In this document: piece by piece, positions 16,508 through 24,550 of the stretch
Layout: each line of letters begins with the position of its first letter
Numbering within the stretch: position 1 is the stretch's first letter
The notes under the pieces: generated by a model
What the model was told of the DNA's origin: nothing
The model's input: the letters and a program-made list of their open reading frames with translations, nothing else
Databases searched by the model: none
Made by a program: the position numbers and the translations under genes
Virus record (IMG/VR): IMGVR_UViG_3300043119_000141
Reading direction: 5' to 3' (one strand)
Source of the DNA: an uncultured virus (IMG/VR IMGVR_UViG_3300043119_000141)
Taxonomy: Duplodnaviria; Heunggongvirae; Uroviricota; Caudoviricetes
Length of the DNA stretch: 36,441 bases

Positions 16508-16592
16508 TGCGTGATGCCCTGCGTGCAGGGCATTGCAGATCAACCACCCCGAGTTGACCATAGTAGTACACCCAACCAAACAGGAGCACACC

Positions 16593-16751
16593 ATGCAATT
16601 AGAGTACACACAGGACTGGCAAACACAGACCCGCGGCACAAACGACCAAGAGTATCAGATCTACCTGTACTGCGCCAACGACGGCAAGGGCGGAGACATT
16701 ACCAACAACGGCAAACCTTTAAAAACCTACAACGAATGGATCGCATCATGA
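16593..16751 (+). CDS. Early hypothetical protein (52 aa)
   Basis: ATG after the repeat SD. Confidence 0.75.
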   Translation: MQLEYTQDWQTQTRGTNDQEYQIYLYCANDGKGGDITNNGKPLKTYNEWIAS

Positions 16752-16933
16752 AAACAGTCACAATCACACAACAACAGTGGTCAGAATTAAACGTCAACCT
16801 GCTGTTGCAAATGGCAGAGTACGTGCACTCAAACCACAGCGAAGACCAATCACGCGAAGAGATGGTCAACGAGCGCAATGACCTGAACAACGCGCTGTAC
16901 CAGTACAAGAAAATTAAAGAGGCATTCCAATGA
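16748..16933 (+). CDS. Early hypothetical protein
   Basis: ATGA overlap with the upstream ORF; MKTVTITQQQW... Confidence 0.65.
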   Translation: MKTVTITQQQWSELNVNLLLQMAEYVHSNHSEDQSREEMVNERNDLNNALYQYKKIKEAFQ

Positions 16934-17025
16934 AATACATTCGTGAACTAATCGAGGCCATGATACTGGCCGCCATCATTGGTGGCCCGTTTTTCTACTA
17001 CCTACTCTACGTGATGAAGCCATGA
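16930..17025 (+). CDS. 31-aa membrane peptide
   Basis: MKYIRELIEAMILAAIIGGPFFYYLLYVMKP; GAGG SD; ATGA overlaps at both ends. Confidence 0.6.
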   Translation: MKYIRELIEAMILAAIIGGPFFYYLLYVMKP

Positions 17026-17120
17026 CAGTGTGGCCATTCCCCCCATTCCCAAACCCACTGGACAAGGGCGCCAACGTGCCCAAGTTCAACCCCGACAATT
17101 TCGAGGACGCGCCCTTTTAA
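17022..17120 (+). CDS. 32-aa peptide ending in an acidic-aromatic tail
   Basis: MTVWPFPPFPNPLDKGANVPKFNPDNFEDAPF; the stop abuts repeat copy 6. Confidence 0.6.
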   Translation: MTVWPFPPFPNPLDKGANVPKFNPDNFEDAPF

Positions 17121-17169
17121 CCACCCCGAGTTGACCATAGTAGTACAACCAACCAAACAGGAGCACACC

Positions 17170-17445
17170 ATGACAGCAGAACCATACACCGACCAAGTTG
17201 GCGGTTTTATTTACTACAAGAAAATGGCCTACAAGGCCTTGGACGACACCAAATGCAGTGCGCATGGTGTTTGCGTGGCCGTAGAGTACTTCAACGGCGA
17301 CTACAAGTTCGTCATTTGGACCTTGGCGCCTAAAGTGCGCGACGGCATCATCAAGCACGAGTTGTTTGCTGAGTTGACCAACCAAGAGCGCCTCAATGCG
17401 CACGTTATCGGTTTTGCACAACAGTATGAAAGACACCTACCATGA
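17170..17445 (+). CDS. Early hypothetical protein
   Basis: ATG after the repeat SD. Confidence 0.75.
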   Translation: MTAEPYTDQVGGFIYYKKMAYKALDDTKCSAHGVCVAVEYFNGDYKFVIWTLAPKVRDGIIKHELFAELTNQERLNAHVIGFAQQYERHLP

Positions 17446-17768
17446 ACGCACACCAATCAGCATACGAGCAGGGCAAGATGGACAAGTGGGAGCAGATCAG
17501 CAAAACCATGGACGAGGTGCGTGCACAGCACGAGGCCGGCAAGTACGTGGTCATGATCGAGGCACCGACCTACTGCCCCTACACCGACGCGGCCATGGGT
17601 ACCATGCCCCACATGGTCAAGGCCTGCAAGACCCGCGCGGAGGCCGACGCGCTGATGAACGACTATTTTGAAGAGTACATCGACCACGACGTGGTGGCCA
17701 TGTACATATACCCCAAGGACGTGCCGGCCACACCGGCAACAGACGAATTCGAAGACATTCCATACTAA
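17442..17768 (+). CDS. Early hypothetical protein ending in DEFEDIPY
   Basis: ATGA overlap; acidic C-terminal tail. Confidence 0.75.
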   Translation: MNAHQSAYEQGKMDKWEQISKTMDEVRAQHEAGKYVVMIEAPTYCPYTDAAMGTMPHMVKACKTRAEADALMNDYFEEYIDHDVVAMYIYPKDVPATPATDEFEDIPY

Positions 17769-17778
17769 GGAGAACACC

Positions 17779-18162
17779 ATGGACAAGACATACTGGAACA
17801 GCGCAGGACGCCACCAAGAGCAGGCGGACCTGCTAGTGGCCCTCATCCCCGCCATTGGTGAGGTGTACGACGCACAGGGCGCCAACAAGCATTTGGACAC
17901 GTTCAGACGCGCGGTCAACTGCTACTACGACCTGTACAACAACGGCCTGTGCAACAAGGCCCGTGAGTTCAGCACGTTGTTCAAGATCGCCGGCGTGCCA
18001 AAGGAGATCAAGGCCCGTCGGTGGATGGACGGCATGCTCAACAGCGACACGCGCGAGCGCATCGAGGACAAAATGAGCCAGTTTGTACTGGCCGCGATGC
18101 AAGAGCAGTTTGGCAACGACGAAGAACAGACAAACGAGAGTTTTGCATACCACGGGGCCTAA
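17779..18162 (+). CDS. Early hypothetical protein (YYDLYNNG motif)
   Basis: AAGGAG SD; the stop abuts repeat copy 7. Confidence 0.8.
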   Translation: MDKTYWNSAGRHQEQADLLVALIPAIGEVYDAQGANKHLDTFRRAVNCYYDLYNNGLCNKAREFSTLFKIAGVPKEIKARRWMDGMLNSDTRERIEDKMSQFVLAAMQEQFGNDEEQTNESFAYHGA

Positions 18163-18212
18163 CCACCCCGAGTTGACCATAGTAGTATCAGCAACACAAA
18201 CAGGAGCACACC

Positions 18213-18467
18213 ATGAAAAAATTACAGAAGTTTATAAAAGCAGAAAACGATTGGCGCAAGTTGTTCGGCAACACCGAGTTGTCAATCGACACCCCCGAGG
18301 GTAGACAGCAGGTGGCGGAGTTGATCGACATTCAACTGAGCCCCGAGAACCTGTACTGTGACGGCGAGATCAGCCACACAGAGGCACAGATGAAGTACCG
18401 CATGTTGTCAGGCGCGGCTAAAGACCTGATGAAGATCGACCCCAACGTGGTCATTTATGAAATGTAA
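18213..18467 (+). CDS. Early hypothetical protein (LSPENLxCDGE motif)
   Basis: ATG after the repeat SD. Confidence 0.8.
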   Translation: MKKLQKFIKAENDWRKLFGNTELSIDTPEGRQQVAELIDIQLSPENLYCDGEISHTEAQMKYRMLSGAAKDLMKIDPNVVIYEM

Positions 18468-18477
18468 GGAGCAAACC

Positions 18478-18738
18478 ATGAACAGCAATGAATTAGCATC
18501 TATCGTGGCCGAATCAAACGGCCGTTTTGTCAGCGTGGTGTTCGTCAAGAAAGACGGCACACAGCGCGCCATGTTATGCCGTTTGGGTGTTACCAAGCAC
18601 CTGAAGGGCGGCGAATCAAAGCTGAACGCGGACCAGTACTTAACAGTATTCGACGTGCAGAAGGAGGCCTACAGGGCCATCAACAAAGAAACCATTCTGT
18701 CGGTCAAGTTGGCCGGCAACACATACGTACAGGAGTGA
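18478..18738 (+). CDS. WYL-like/SH3 beta-barrel protein
   Basis: FVSVVFVKKDGTQRAM...YLTVFDVQKEAYRAIN; AAGGAG SD. Confidence 0.65.
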   Translation: MNSNELASIVAESNGRFVSVVFVKKDGTQRAMLCRLGVTKHLKGGESKLNADQYLTVFDVQKEAYRAINKETILSVKLAGNTYVQE

Positions 18739-18741
18739 GCC

Positions 18742-18960
18742 ATGATCGAGTACAAAATCAACAGGGCCTGCGACGGCCAAGACGTATTTTTTGACGGCAA
18801 AAAAGTGGGGTTGTTGTCGTTTGGCGACCTGCGCAGTCTGTATGAGGACCGACGCCCTGTGACCATGTTGGTCATGGACAAGGGCACCAAGCACCACGAC
18901 AACATGGACGTGGCCAAACAATACATCGAGTCAGTTTACAAACGAGAGGTGACAGCATGA
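18742..18960 (+). CDS. Hypothetical protein
   Basis: AGGAG SD; operonic packing. Confidence 0.7.
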   Translation: MIEYKINRACDGQDVFFDGKKVGLLSFGDLRSLYEDRRPVTMLVMDKGTKHHDNMDVAKQYIESVYKREVTA

Positions 18961-19298
18961 CAGTACTAGCAAAACAGCACGCGCCTAATCGCGCAGAGAT
19001 TTTGGTCGGTGACAACAACGGGTGGGTGGCAGTACACATGACCATGGGCACACTGTGGGTGGAGGTGTACGACCACAACGACAACCCGATCCACATCTAC
19101 AAGGAAGACTGGCCCGAGGCGCCAAAGCGCAAGTTCAAGGTGCGTGCGTCGTACAGTGCCATGTGTGAGGCAGAGATCGAGGCCAACAGCCTAGACGAGG
19201 CCTACGAGATTGCAAAGGGACTGGACGGATCATCATTCGACACACACTGCGACCCTGATGACTGGCACATTGAAGACGTATGGGAGACAGAGCGATGA
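18957..19298 (+). CDS. Hypothetical protein with DpnD/PcfM-like C-terminal part
   Basis: KFKVRASY...EIEANSLDEAYEIA; GAGG SD. Confidence 0.6.
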   Translation: MTVLAKQHAPNRAEILVGDNNGWVAVHMTMGTLWVEVYDHNDNPIHIYKEDWPEAPKRKFKVRASYSAMCEAEIEANSLDEAYEIAKGLDGSSFDTHCDPDDWHIEDVWETER

Positions 19299-19528
19299 AG
19301 TACACAATCAGGCACGGCAGTATTGCCGCAGTTCAATACGTGACCATGCCCAATGGTGATGTGTGGGACATTACAGATTCACAGGAGGACCCCGACAAAT
19401 GGAAACTGCCACTGGCAGTGCAGGCCGCAGTCAATCGTCAGTTTGGTATTATCTTTGCCCTTCCCTACGAAAGACGGCAGGGTTTCATCGACAATTCAGT
19501 ACCCTTTGAGGTGGAGGTAACACAATGA
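19295..19528 (+). CDS. Hypothetical protein
   Basis: GGAG SD; ATGA overlaps. Confidence 0.65.
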   Translation: MKYTIRHGSIAAVQYVTMPNGDVWDITDSQEDPDKWKLPLAVQAAVNRQFGIIFALPYERRQGFIDNSVPFEVEVTQ

Positions 19529-19686
19529 ACACAACAGTTTTGAAACATATACGTTCACTTTTTGTGCACGAAATGGTACCTATGAGTACAGCGCGCCATA
19601 ATATGCGCCAGTGGGTCCGGTCAGTGCGCAGACTGGGTGACAAGCATTTATTGGCGGTCAAGGTGGCCAAAAAGGAGAAAGCATGA
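19525..19686 (+). CDS. 53-aa basic hypothetical protein (not in ORF track)
   Basis: GGAGG SD; MNTTVLKHIRSLF...RQWVRSVRRLGDKHLL; ATGA overlaps at both ends. Confidence 0.7.
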   Translation: MNTTVLKHIRSLFVHEMVPMSTARHNMRQWVRSVRRLGDKHLLAVKVAKKEKA

Positions 19687-19901
19687 GATCATTAGAAGAC
19701 TACAACATCCGCGACGTGGCCGAGTACCTGAGAGACTGGGGCTACGTGGTGACAGCGCCTGCCGACGCAGGTGAAGGCCTGTGGGTCAGCCAAGAGCAGT
19801 TGGCAGACATCGAGCGCCTGTTAATCTGTGGCCAAAAAGAATCGGCTCAGAATGAACTGTTCGACCTATTCGGGAAAACCCTTAACCGGAGCGTGGCATG
19901 A
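19683..19901 (+). CDS. Hypothetical protein
   Basis: AAGGAG SD; ATGA overlap. Confidence 0.7.
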   Translation: MRSLEDYNIRDVAEYLRDWGYVVTAPADAGEGLWVSQEQLADIERLLICGQKESAQNELFDLFGKTLNRSVA

Positions 19902-20116
19902 TGAAACCGCCCACACGGTTCACCCTAGAGGATCAGATCATGGAGTGTTGGGGCGTGGTGGACGACCTAGACATGGTGTACAGCACCGAGGCCCTGTACG
20001 AGGACCAAGACCGCATGATGAACGTCCTGCTAGGCATGCAGGAATTGTACAAAATCCGTTTTCAGCGTTTGTTTAACACATTTGAGCACCTAGTGCGTGA
20101 AGGGACTATCACATGA
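19898..20116 (+). CDS. Hypothetical protein
   Basis: GGAG SD; RFTLEDQIMECWGVVDDL. Confidence 0.7.
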   Translation: MMKPPTRFTLEDQIMECWGVVDDLDMVYSTEALYEDQDRMMNVLLGMQELYKIRFQRLFNTFEHLVREGTIT

Positions 20117-20268
20117 TCAACATACACGTCGCGTATAACGCCACAGCAGAGCGTTGGGAGGTTTGGGCAGGGTCAGGTCGCACCTACGTCGGAAAATCGC
20201 GCCTAGAGGCCATAGAGGCCTTTACGGCACGTTTGCCACCCGACACGCCGGTCAGGGTGGTGTACTGA
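20113..20268 (+). CDS. 51-aa hypothetical protein (not in ORF track)
   Basis: ATGA overlap; MINIHVAYNATAERWEVW... Confidence 0.55.
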   Translation: MINIHVAYNATAERWEVWAGSGRTYVGKSRLEAIEAFTARLPPDTPVRVVY

Positions 20269-20366
20269 TGGTATACGCGGGCCTACTCGGTGTACTGGCA
20301 TTGTGGGCGGCTAAACAGGGCCGTTGGGCCATCGTTTTGTTGGCCGTCATATGCTACTTTGATTAA
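20268..20366 (+). CDS. Small membrane peptide
   Basis: TGATG overlap; MVYAGLLGVLALWAAKQGRWAIVLLAVICYFD. Confidence 0.5.
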   Translation: MVYAGLLGVLALWAAKQGRWAIVLLAVICYFD

Positions 20367-20438
20367 ATTTTAAGCAACGCGTAAGATTCGTGTAAGTTTC
20401 AGACGCGTCAACAAAAATTGAGTACCTTAGTACTCATG

Positions 20439-20555
<117 letters not shown>

Positions 20556-20601
20556 AACTAAACTAAAGTATTCACTTTTAAAAGTGTTGCTTTTTCACCA
20601 C

Positions 20602-20610
20602 TGTGGATAA
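20602..20610. promoter_or_regulatory. Consensus DnaA box
   Basis: TGTGGATAA, the reverse complement of TTATCCACA, 46 nt from palindrome copy 2. Confidence 0.5.
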
Positions 20611-20615
20611 CTTTT

Positions 20616-20816
20616 ATGGCACGACAAGACATTAAAAAGACTGGTTGGCCGGAGGGCCTACTGCAGGATGACGATGGAAGACTGAGCCGGTGGTTTGCAA
20701 GCAGGCCCGACGCGAGGTATGTACTCAAGAAACAATTGGAGAAAGAACGCGATGAAAAAATGGCACGACCTAGACAGGGCGATCATGGGCACAGTACTGA
20801 CCTACCAAAACGGTGA
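20616..20816 (+). CDS. Hypothetical protein
   Basis: GLLQDDDGRLSRWFASRPDAR; first ORF after the non-coding element. Confidence 0.55.
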   Translation: MARQDIKKTGWPEGLLQDDDGRLSRWFASRPDARYVLKKQLEKERDEKMARPRQGDHGHSTDLPKR

Positions 20817-20982
20817 GCGCATACCCGTATACGTGTACAGTGGCGCGGAGATAGTGGCCATATACATGGAGCGGGACGGCATGACGCAGGACGAGGCAAT
20901 TGAGTTTATTGACTATAACGTCGAAAGCGCGTATATTGGCAAGGACACACCCCTACTACTTTGGCCCGCGGAGGACCTATGA
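20752..20982 (+). CDS. Phage hypothetical protein
   Basis: MKKWHDLDRAIMG...GMTQDEAIEFIDYNVESAYIGKDTP. Confidence 0.7.
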   Translation: MKKWHDLDRAIMGTVLTYQNGERIPVYVYSGAEIVAIYMERDGMTQDEAIEFIDYNVESAYIGKDTPLLLWPAEDL

Positions 20983-21242
20983 ACCAAGAAGACGAAGAAT
21001 TTAACAGGATCGAGCGCGAATCCAAACAGCGCATGGAGGCGGTGTACCAAGAGGTCCAAAAGCGCAACAAGGCCATGGAGCGCGAGAACGAGTGGGTGGT
21101 GCGATTTTATGAGGCGTACCATAACGCAATGGTGTACGGCACAGGGTTTATCAAACTGTCGATCGAGCCCCCAAAGGGGTTGGTTGTCTCGGTGGTACAC
21201 CCTGACGATTACCACTACATCAAACAGGAGAAGAACACATGA
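20979..21242 (+). CDS. Hypothetical protein
   Basis: GGAGG SD; ATGA overlap. Confidence 0.7.
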   Translation: MNQEDEEFNRIERESKQRMEAVYQEVQKRNKAMERENEWVVRFYEAYHNAMVYGTGFIKLSIEPPKGLVVSVVHPDDYHYIKQEKNT

Positions 21243-21460
21243 AGGTAAAAGACCTAATTGCCGTACTGCAAACGTACGACCCTGACCTGATTGTGATCAA
21301 GTCAGGGTACGAGGGTGGCGTGGATGAGATCACGCAACACAGCGAAGAGACAATCGCGCTAAATGTCAACGGTGAGTGGTATTACGGCCCACACGAGGTG
21401 GTGAGCGAAGACGACGCGTTCAATGGGTACGAGCGCATGCAAGCAGTTTATCTGCGATAA
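21239..21460 (+). CDS. Hypothetical protein
   Basis: AGGAG SD; MKVKDLIAVLQTYDPDL..GYEGG. Confidence 0.75.
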   Translation: MKVKDLIAVLQTYDPDLIVIKSGYEGGVDEITQHSEETIALNVNGEWYYGPHEVVSEDDAFNGYERMQAVYLR

Positions 21461-21468
21461 GGAACAAC

Positions 21469-21723
21469 ATGCAACTGTCCACTACAAACAAGTACGAGCT
21501 TGTACTGCATGACGTACCGATGTGTGCAGTCTGCAATAAACCAGTCGAGCGTGTCGAGTCCATGTACGACATTGCCTACGGAGCAAAACGTTTTCGAGTC
21601 TACTGCCACGGCGATATGGAAGAGGCAATGCTTGACGATGTAACAATCGAAGACTGCACCAGTGTGCAGTTTGGTGAGGCATTCATTGACAAACTACCAC
21701 AACCACAACTGGAGCGCACATGA
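21469..21723 (+). CDS. Hypothetical protein with CxxC...CHG
   Basis: AAGGA SD before ATG 21469. Confidence 0.7.
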   Translation: MQLSTTNKYELVLHDVPMCAVCNKPVERVESMYDIAYGAKRFRVYCHGDMEEAMLDDVTIEDCTSVQFGEAFIDKLPQPQLERT

Positions 21724-21893
21724 AACTATACGACGTACCAAGACACAGCACAGTCATTTTGGAAGACGGCGAAGAGATTTACTTCTACCGAGTTGACGGC
21801 ATGTATTCATACTGCAAAGACAAAGAAGGTGACGTGGTGCACTTACCCGCGTGGACCGAGGTGACAGTGAAGGAGAAACAAGATGCAACCTGA
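21720..21893 (+). CDS. 57-aa hypothetical protein (not in ORF track)
   Basis: GGAG SD; MKLYDVPRHS...VDGMYSYC. Confidence 0.7.
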   Translation: MKLYDVPRHSTVILEDGEEIYFYRVDGMYSYCKDKEGDVVHLPAWTEVTVKEKQDAT

Positions 21894-22110
21894 AACATTT
21901 ATGATTTGGAGTTTTGTGGGGTTTATTGCCTGCGCGGCAGTGATCGCGGGGTTGATTGACATATACGAGCACTGGAACAAGTGCAGACACGATTGGACCA
22001 AGTGGTCAACACCCGAGAAGCCGGAGACAAACTACTACGCGCCAAGTTACGGCCAACAAACAAAGTGCTGTAAAAAATGTAACCAATTTGAAATAAGGCA
22101 GATCAAATGA
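21883..22110 (+). CDS. Membrane-anchored small Cys-rich protein
   Basis: N-terminal TM helix; CRHDW...CxxC. Confidence 0.7.
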   Translation: MQPETFMIWSFVGFIACAAVIAGLIDIYEHWNKCRHDWTKWSTPEKPETNYYAPSYGQQTKCCKKCNQFEIRQIK

Positions 22111-22502
22111 CCAAAGACGAAGCGTTGAAACTGACAGAGATACTAAACCACGCGATATGGGACAGCGTGCAGGTTGTCATACAGCCGGAACCGCAACAGC
22201 CTAAGTGCAACCCCCACCCCAAGGCACCACACGGGCTTGTGAGGGGCGCAAGCTACAGTGCCGCGCGCTACGTGTGCGAGTGCGAAATGTGGGACCCCTA
22301 CGAGGCCGGCAGGGAGGCAGGCGTGCAGGCCATGTTGGACTACGACATGCCCACACCCGAGCCTGTGCCGTACACACCACTCTCAACCAGTGAGATTGTC
22401 GAATGTGCTGTGAAGGTGTGGAGGTTTGATGCCAACGACGTGAGTGCGAACACAATCAAATTTGCGCGTGATATTGAGCGCTTAACCTTGGAACGACAAT
22501 GA
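22107..22502 (+). CDS. Hypothetical protein
   Basis: ATGA overlaps; CNPHPKAPHG...YVCEC. Confidence 0.7.
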   Translation: MTKDEALKLTEILNHAIWDSVQVVIQPEPQQPKCNPHPKAPHGLVRGASYSAARYVCECEMWDPYEAGREAGVQAMLDYDMPTPEPVPYTPLSTSEIVECAVKVWRFDANDVSANTIKFARDIERLTLERQ

Positions 22503-23023
22503 GACGCCAACTACTGACAGCCGAACAAGAGATTGAACTACACCACCGGATTGTGCAGGGTGACGAGGAGGCCCACGAGGCCTTGGTGGAGGCCAACATG
22601 GGACTGGTGGTGTACATTGTGCAGAAGTTGCCGCAGTGGGACATGGCGGGCAACATGACAAGGGACGACCTACTGCAAGAAGGTTACATGGCCCTGATGA
22701 AGGCGGCGCACAGGTGGAAGCCGCAGGGAAGGTTTGCAAGCTACGCGCGCACACTGATCAAGAGCCAAGTGCTCAGAGCCATTGAGAACAAGGGCCTGAT
22801 GATCCACGTGCCCGTGGCGGTGCAGGAGGACCTGCGCAAGATCAAGCGGGTGGAGACGGAGTTGGCCCAAGTGTTGGGCAGGGACCCGACCACCAAAGAG
22901 GTGGCCAAGATCACAGGCCTGACAGAAAGCAGGGTCCGTGATAGACTGGTGGTGAGCCAGAGACAACCGGTCTCATTGGACGCGTTCAAGAAGGACCAAG
23001 TAACGGAAGAAGAATATGATTGA
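22499..23023 (+). CDS. Sigma70-family sigma factor, regions 1.2-3 only (no region 4)
   Basis: LLTAEQEIEL (1.2), LVEANMGLVV (2.1), DLLQEGYMALMKA (2.2), RFASYA (2.3), LGRDPTTKEVA (3), PVSLD, then a stop 12 codons later. Confidence 0.9.
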   Translation: MRRQLLTAEQEIELHHRIVQGDEEAHEALVEANMGLVVYIVQKLPQWDMAGNMTRDDLLQEGYMALMKAAHRWKPQGRFASYARTLIKSQVLRAIENKGLMIHVPVAVQEDLRKIKRVETELAQVLGRDPTTKEVAKITGLTESRVRDRLVVSQRQPVSLDAFKKDQVTEEEYD

Positions 23024-23291
23024 CAGAATGATTAACTTGGTGGAAGCCTACAAGCGGTCGTACGAACTGGAGCGGGCACGTGCCGACCGGTTAGTGGACG
23101 ACGCCATGTTGGGCCGGTACCTGAGGCCCCTGTTCACCCGAGAGGGCGAGACGTGGACCATCAACACGGCCCTACAAGGCCCCTCGTTAGATGAAGCCAT
23201 TTGGAACCCCGACGCGTATGATCAACTAGACAGCCTAGCGGCCAAGATGGAATACAGATTTGAAGGAGACGACAGTGTTGAGACCAGTTAA
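23016..23291 (+). CDS. Hypothetical protein
   Basis: Overlaps the sigma stop; operonic packing. Confidence 0.65.
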   Translation: MIDRMINLVEAYKRSYELERARADRLVDDAMLGRYLRPLFTREGETWTINTALQGPSLDEAIWNPDAYDQLDSLAAKMEYRFEGDDSVETS

Positions 23292-23610
23292 AACCCTGAT
23301 CCTGATTGGGTGCGCCTCGTTTGAAGTGAGTGCTTACTCACAACAGTTAACGATCGAGACCATGCGCGAGGCCCTGCGTGACACCTACACCCCGCAGGCG
23401 GTGCACGCCACTGGGTACATCATGGGCGCGTACGACGCCATGACGGGCATCGTGCACTGCCCCACAGGCGCGCAACCAACGAGCGGCACGCTACTCAAGT
23501 GGACCCGCGAGGCGCTAGAGCGCTACAAGGGCCCCGACAAGGGCGCGGACCACCTACTGGCGTCGGTGTTCGCGCAACGCGCGCCATGCGGTCGCAAGGG
23601 GCTGACATGA
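23275..23610 (+). CDS. Rap1a/Tai-like exported protein
   Basis: Signal-peptide-like N-terminus; GYIMGAYD...CP...LLASVFAQRAPC pattern; GTG start after AAGGAG. Confidence 0.6.
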   Translation: MLRPVKTLILIGCASFEVSAYSQQLTIETMREALRDTYTPQAVHATGYIMGAYDAMTGIVHCPTGAQPTSGTLLKWTREALERYKGPDKGADHLLASVFAQRAPCGRKGLT

Positions 23611-23891
23611 ACAGAGAGGACATCGTTCGCATGGCACGAGAGGCTGACCTTGTTACATGGGGTTTTGAATCCTTGGAGTGGGAGCCAGTTGCAAACATGG
23701 AAGCCATTGAACGCTTTGCCGCCCTTGTCGCTTCTGCGGCTGTGCGTGAGACATCTGCCGAATACCGATTGGGGTGGAATGACGGACAGATTGCCGAGCG
23801 TGAGGACATCATCAAACTGGCCGACGACCTATATTATTGGGACGACTCAGATGAGTTGATCAAAGCCATCCGAGCAAGGGGACAAGCATGA
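23607..23891 (+). CDS. Hypothetical protein (MNREDIVRMA...AIRARG type)
   Basis: ATGA overlaps. Confidence 0.7.
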   Translation: MNREDIVRMAREADLVTWGFESLEWEPVANMEAIERFAALVASAAVRETSAEYRLGWNDGQIAEREDIIKLADDLYYWDDSDELIKAIRARGQA

Positions 23892-24082
23892 GCGAAGACA
23901 CAAACGTACCTTTAAATTTCCTAAGCCCCAAAGGAACAGGAACACTAATTTATTCAAAACGCACATGGGTTGGTCTGACGGATGAGGACAAATCGTTATT
24001 TAGTTCGTGGCTTGACCATAAAACAGATGCTGAAGTTTTTACAGCCATTGAAGCCAAACTCAAGGAGAAGAACTATGGCTAA
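23888..24082 (+). CDS. Hypothetical protein (WVGLTDE...AIEAKLKEKN type)
   Basis: ATGA overlap. Confidence 0.7.
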   Translation: MSEDTNVPLNFLSPKGTGTLIYSKRTWVGLTDEDKSLFSSWLDHKTDAEVFTAIEAKLKEKNYG

Positions 24083-24326
24083 AGGAACAATCAGGGACGT
24101 GTGGGCAACAAACCAACGCAGACTGGCACGCAAGCGTGAGCGTGAACGCGAGTACGCAAAGGCCAACAGGGAGAAGCTGAACGCGTACAGGCGTGCTAGG
24201 AAGGCACGAAGCCAACCGGTGGTCAAGCCGGAGCCCGAGGGGCCCAAGGTCAGGAGCGCCTACCACGCAGACTGGAAGGGCACCACGTACCAGTGCCCCG
24301 AGTTGTCATACAGGGGGTTGGCATGA
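24075..24326 (+). CDS. Basic hypothetical protein
   Basis: AAGGAG SD before ATG 24075. Confidence 0.7.
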   Translation: MAKGTIRDVWATNQRRLARKREREREYAKANREKLNAYRRARKARSQPVVKPEPEGPKVRSAYHADWKGTTYQCPELSYRGLA

Positions 24327-24550
24327 CACAAGATGAAATCATTGAGATGGCTAAACAATTTTGCCCATACCAATCTGAAGAATTGCGTGGTGCATATTAC
24401 GATGGTTTTATGAAAGCATCCAAGCTAGTAGCACAGCATGAGCGTGAGCGCATCTTTGGTGAACTTATCAAAATGCACGAAATAGCATCGAGCCGACATA
24501 ACTACTATTTAAACGCTGTTTTGACCATCCGAGCAAGGGGGTTGGCATGA
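24323..24550 (+). CDS. Hypothetical protein flanked by 15-bp direct repeats
   Basis: AGGGGGTTGGCATGA at 24312-24326 and 24536-24550. Confidence 0.7.
   Translation: MTQDEIIEMAKQFCPYQSEELRGAYYDGFMKASKLVAQHERERIFGELIKMHEIASSRHNYYLNAVLTIRARGLA

Larger units (their letters stand above)
14756..18212 (+). repeat. Seven dispersed copies of an early intergenic element (24-bp invariant core plus A/C-rich leader and SD)
   Basis: CACCCCGAGTTGACCATAGTAGTA starts at 14756, 15099, 15507, 15854, 16545, 17122 and 18164. Each copy ends 23-26 nt before an ATG preceded by AGGAG. Confidence 0.95.

Noticed and set aside
15087..17170. ORF-track N-termini such as MQINHPELTIVV shared by several ORFs
   Set aside because: They come from TTG codons inside the DNA repeat; the real starts are the ATGs after AGGAG.
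14756..18212. CRISPR array or integron interpretation of the early repeats
   Set aside because: The spacers are whole genes of 250-1000 bp, no cas operon or tyrosine integrase is seen, and the hairpins lack the attC RYYYAAC/GTTRRRY ends.
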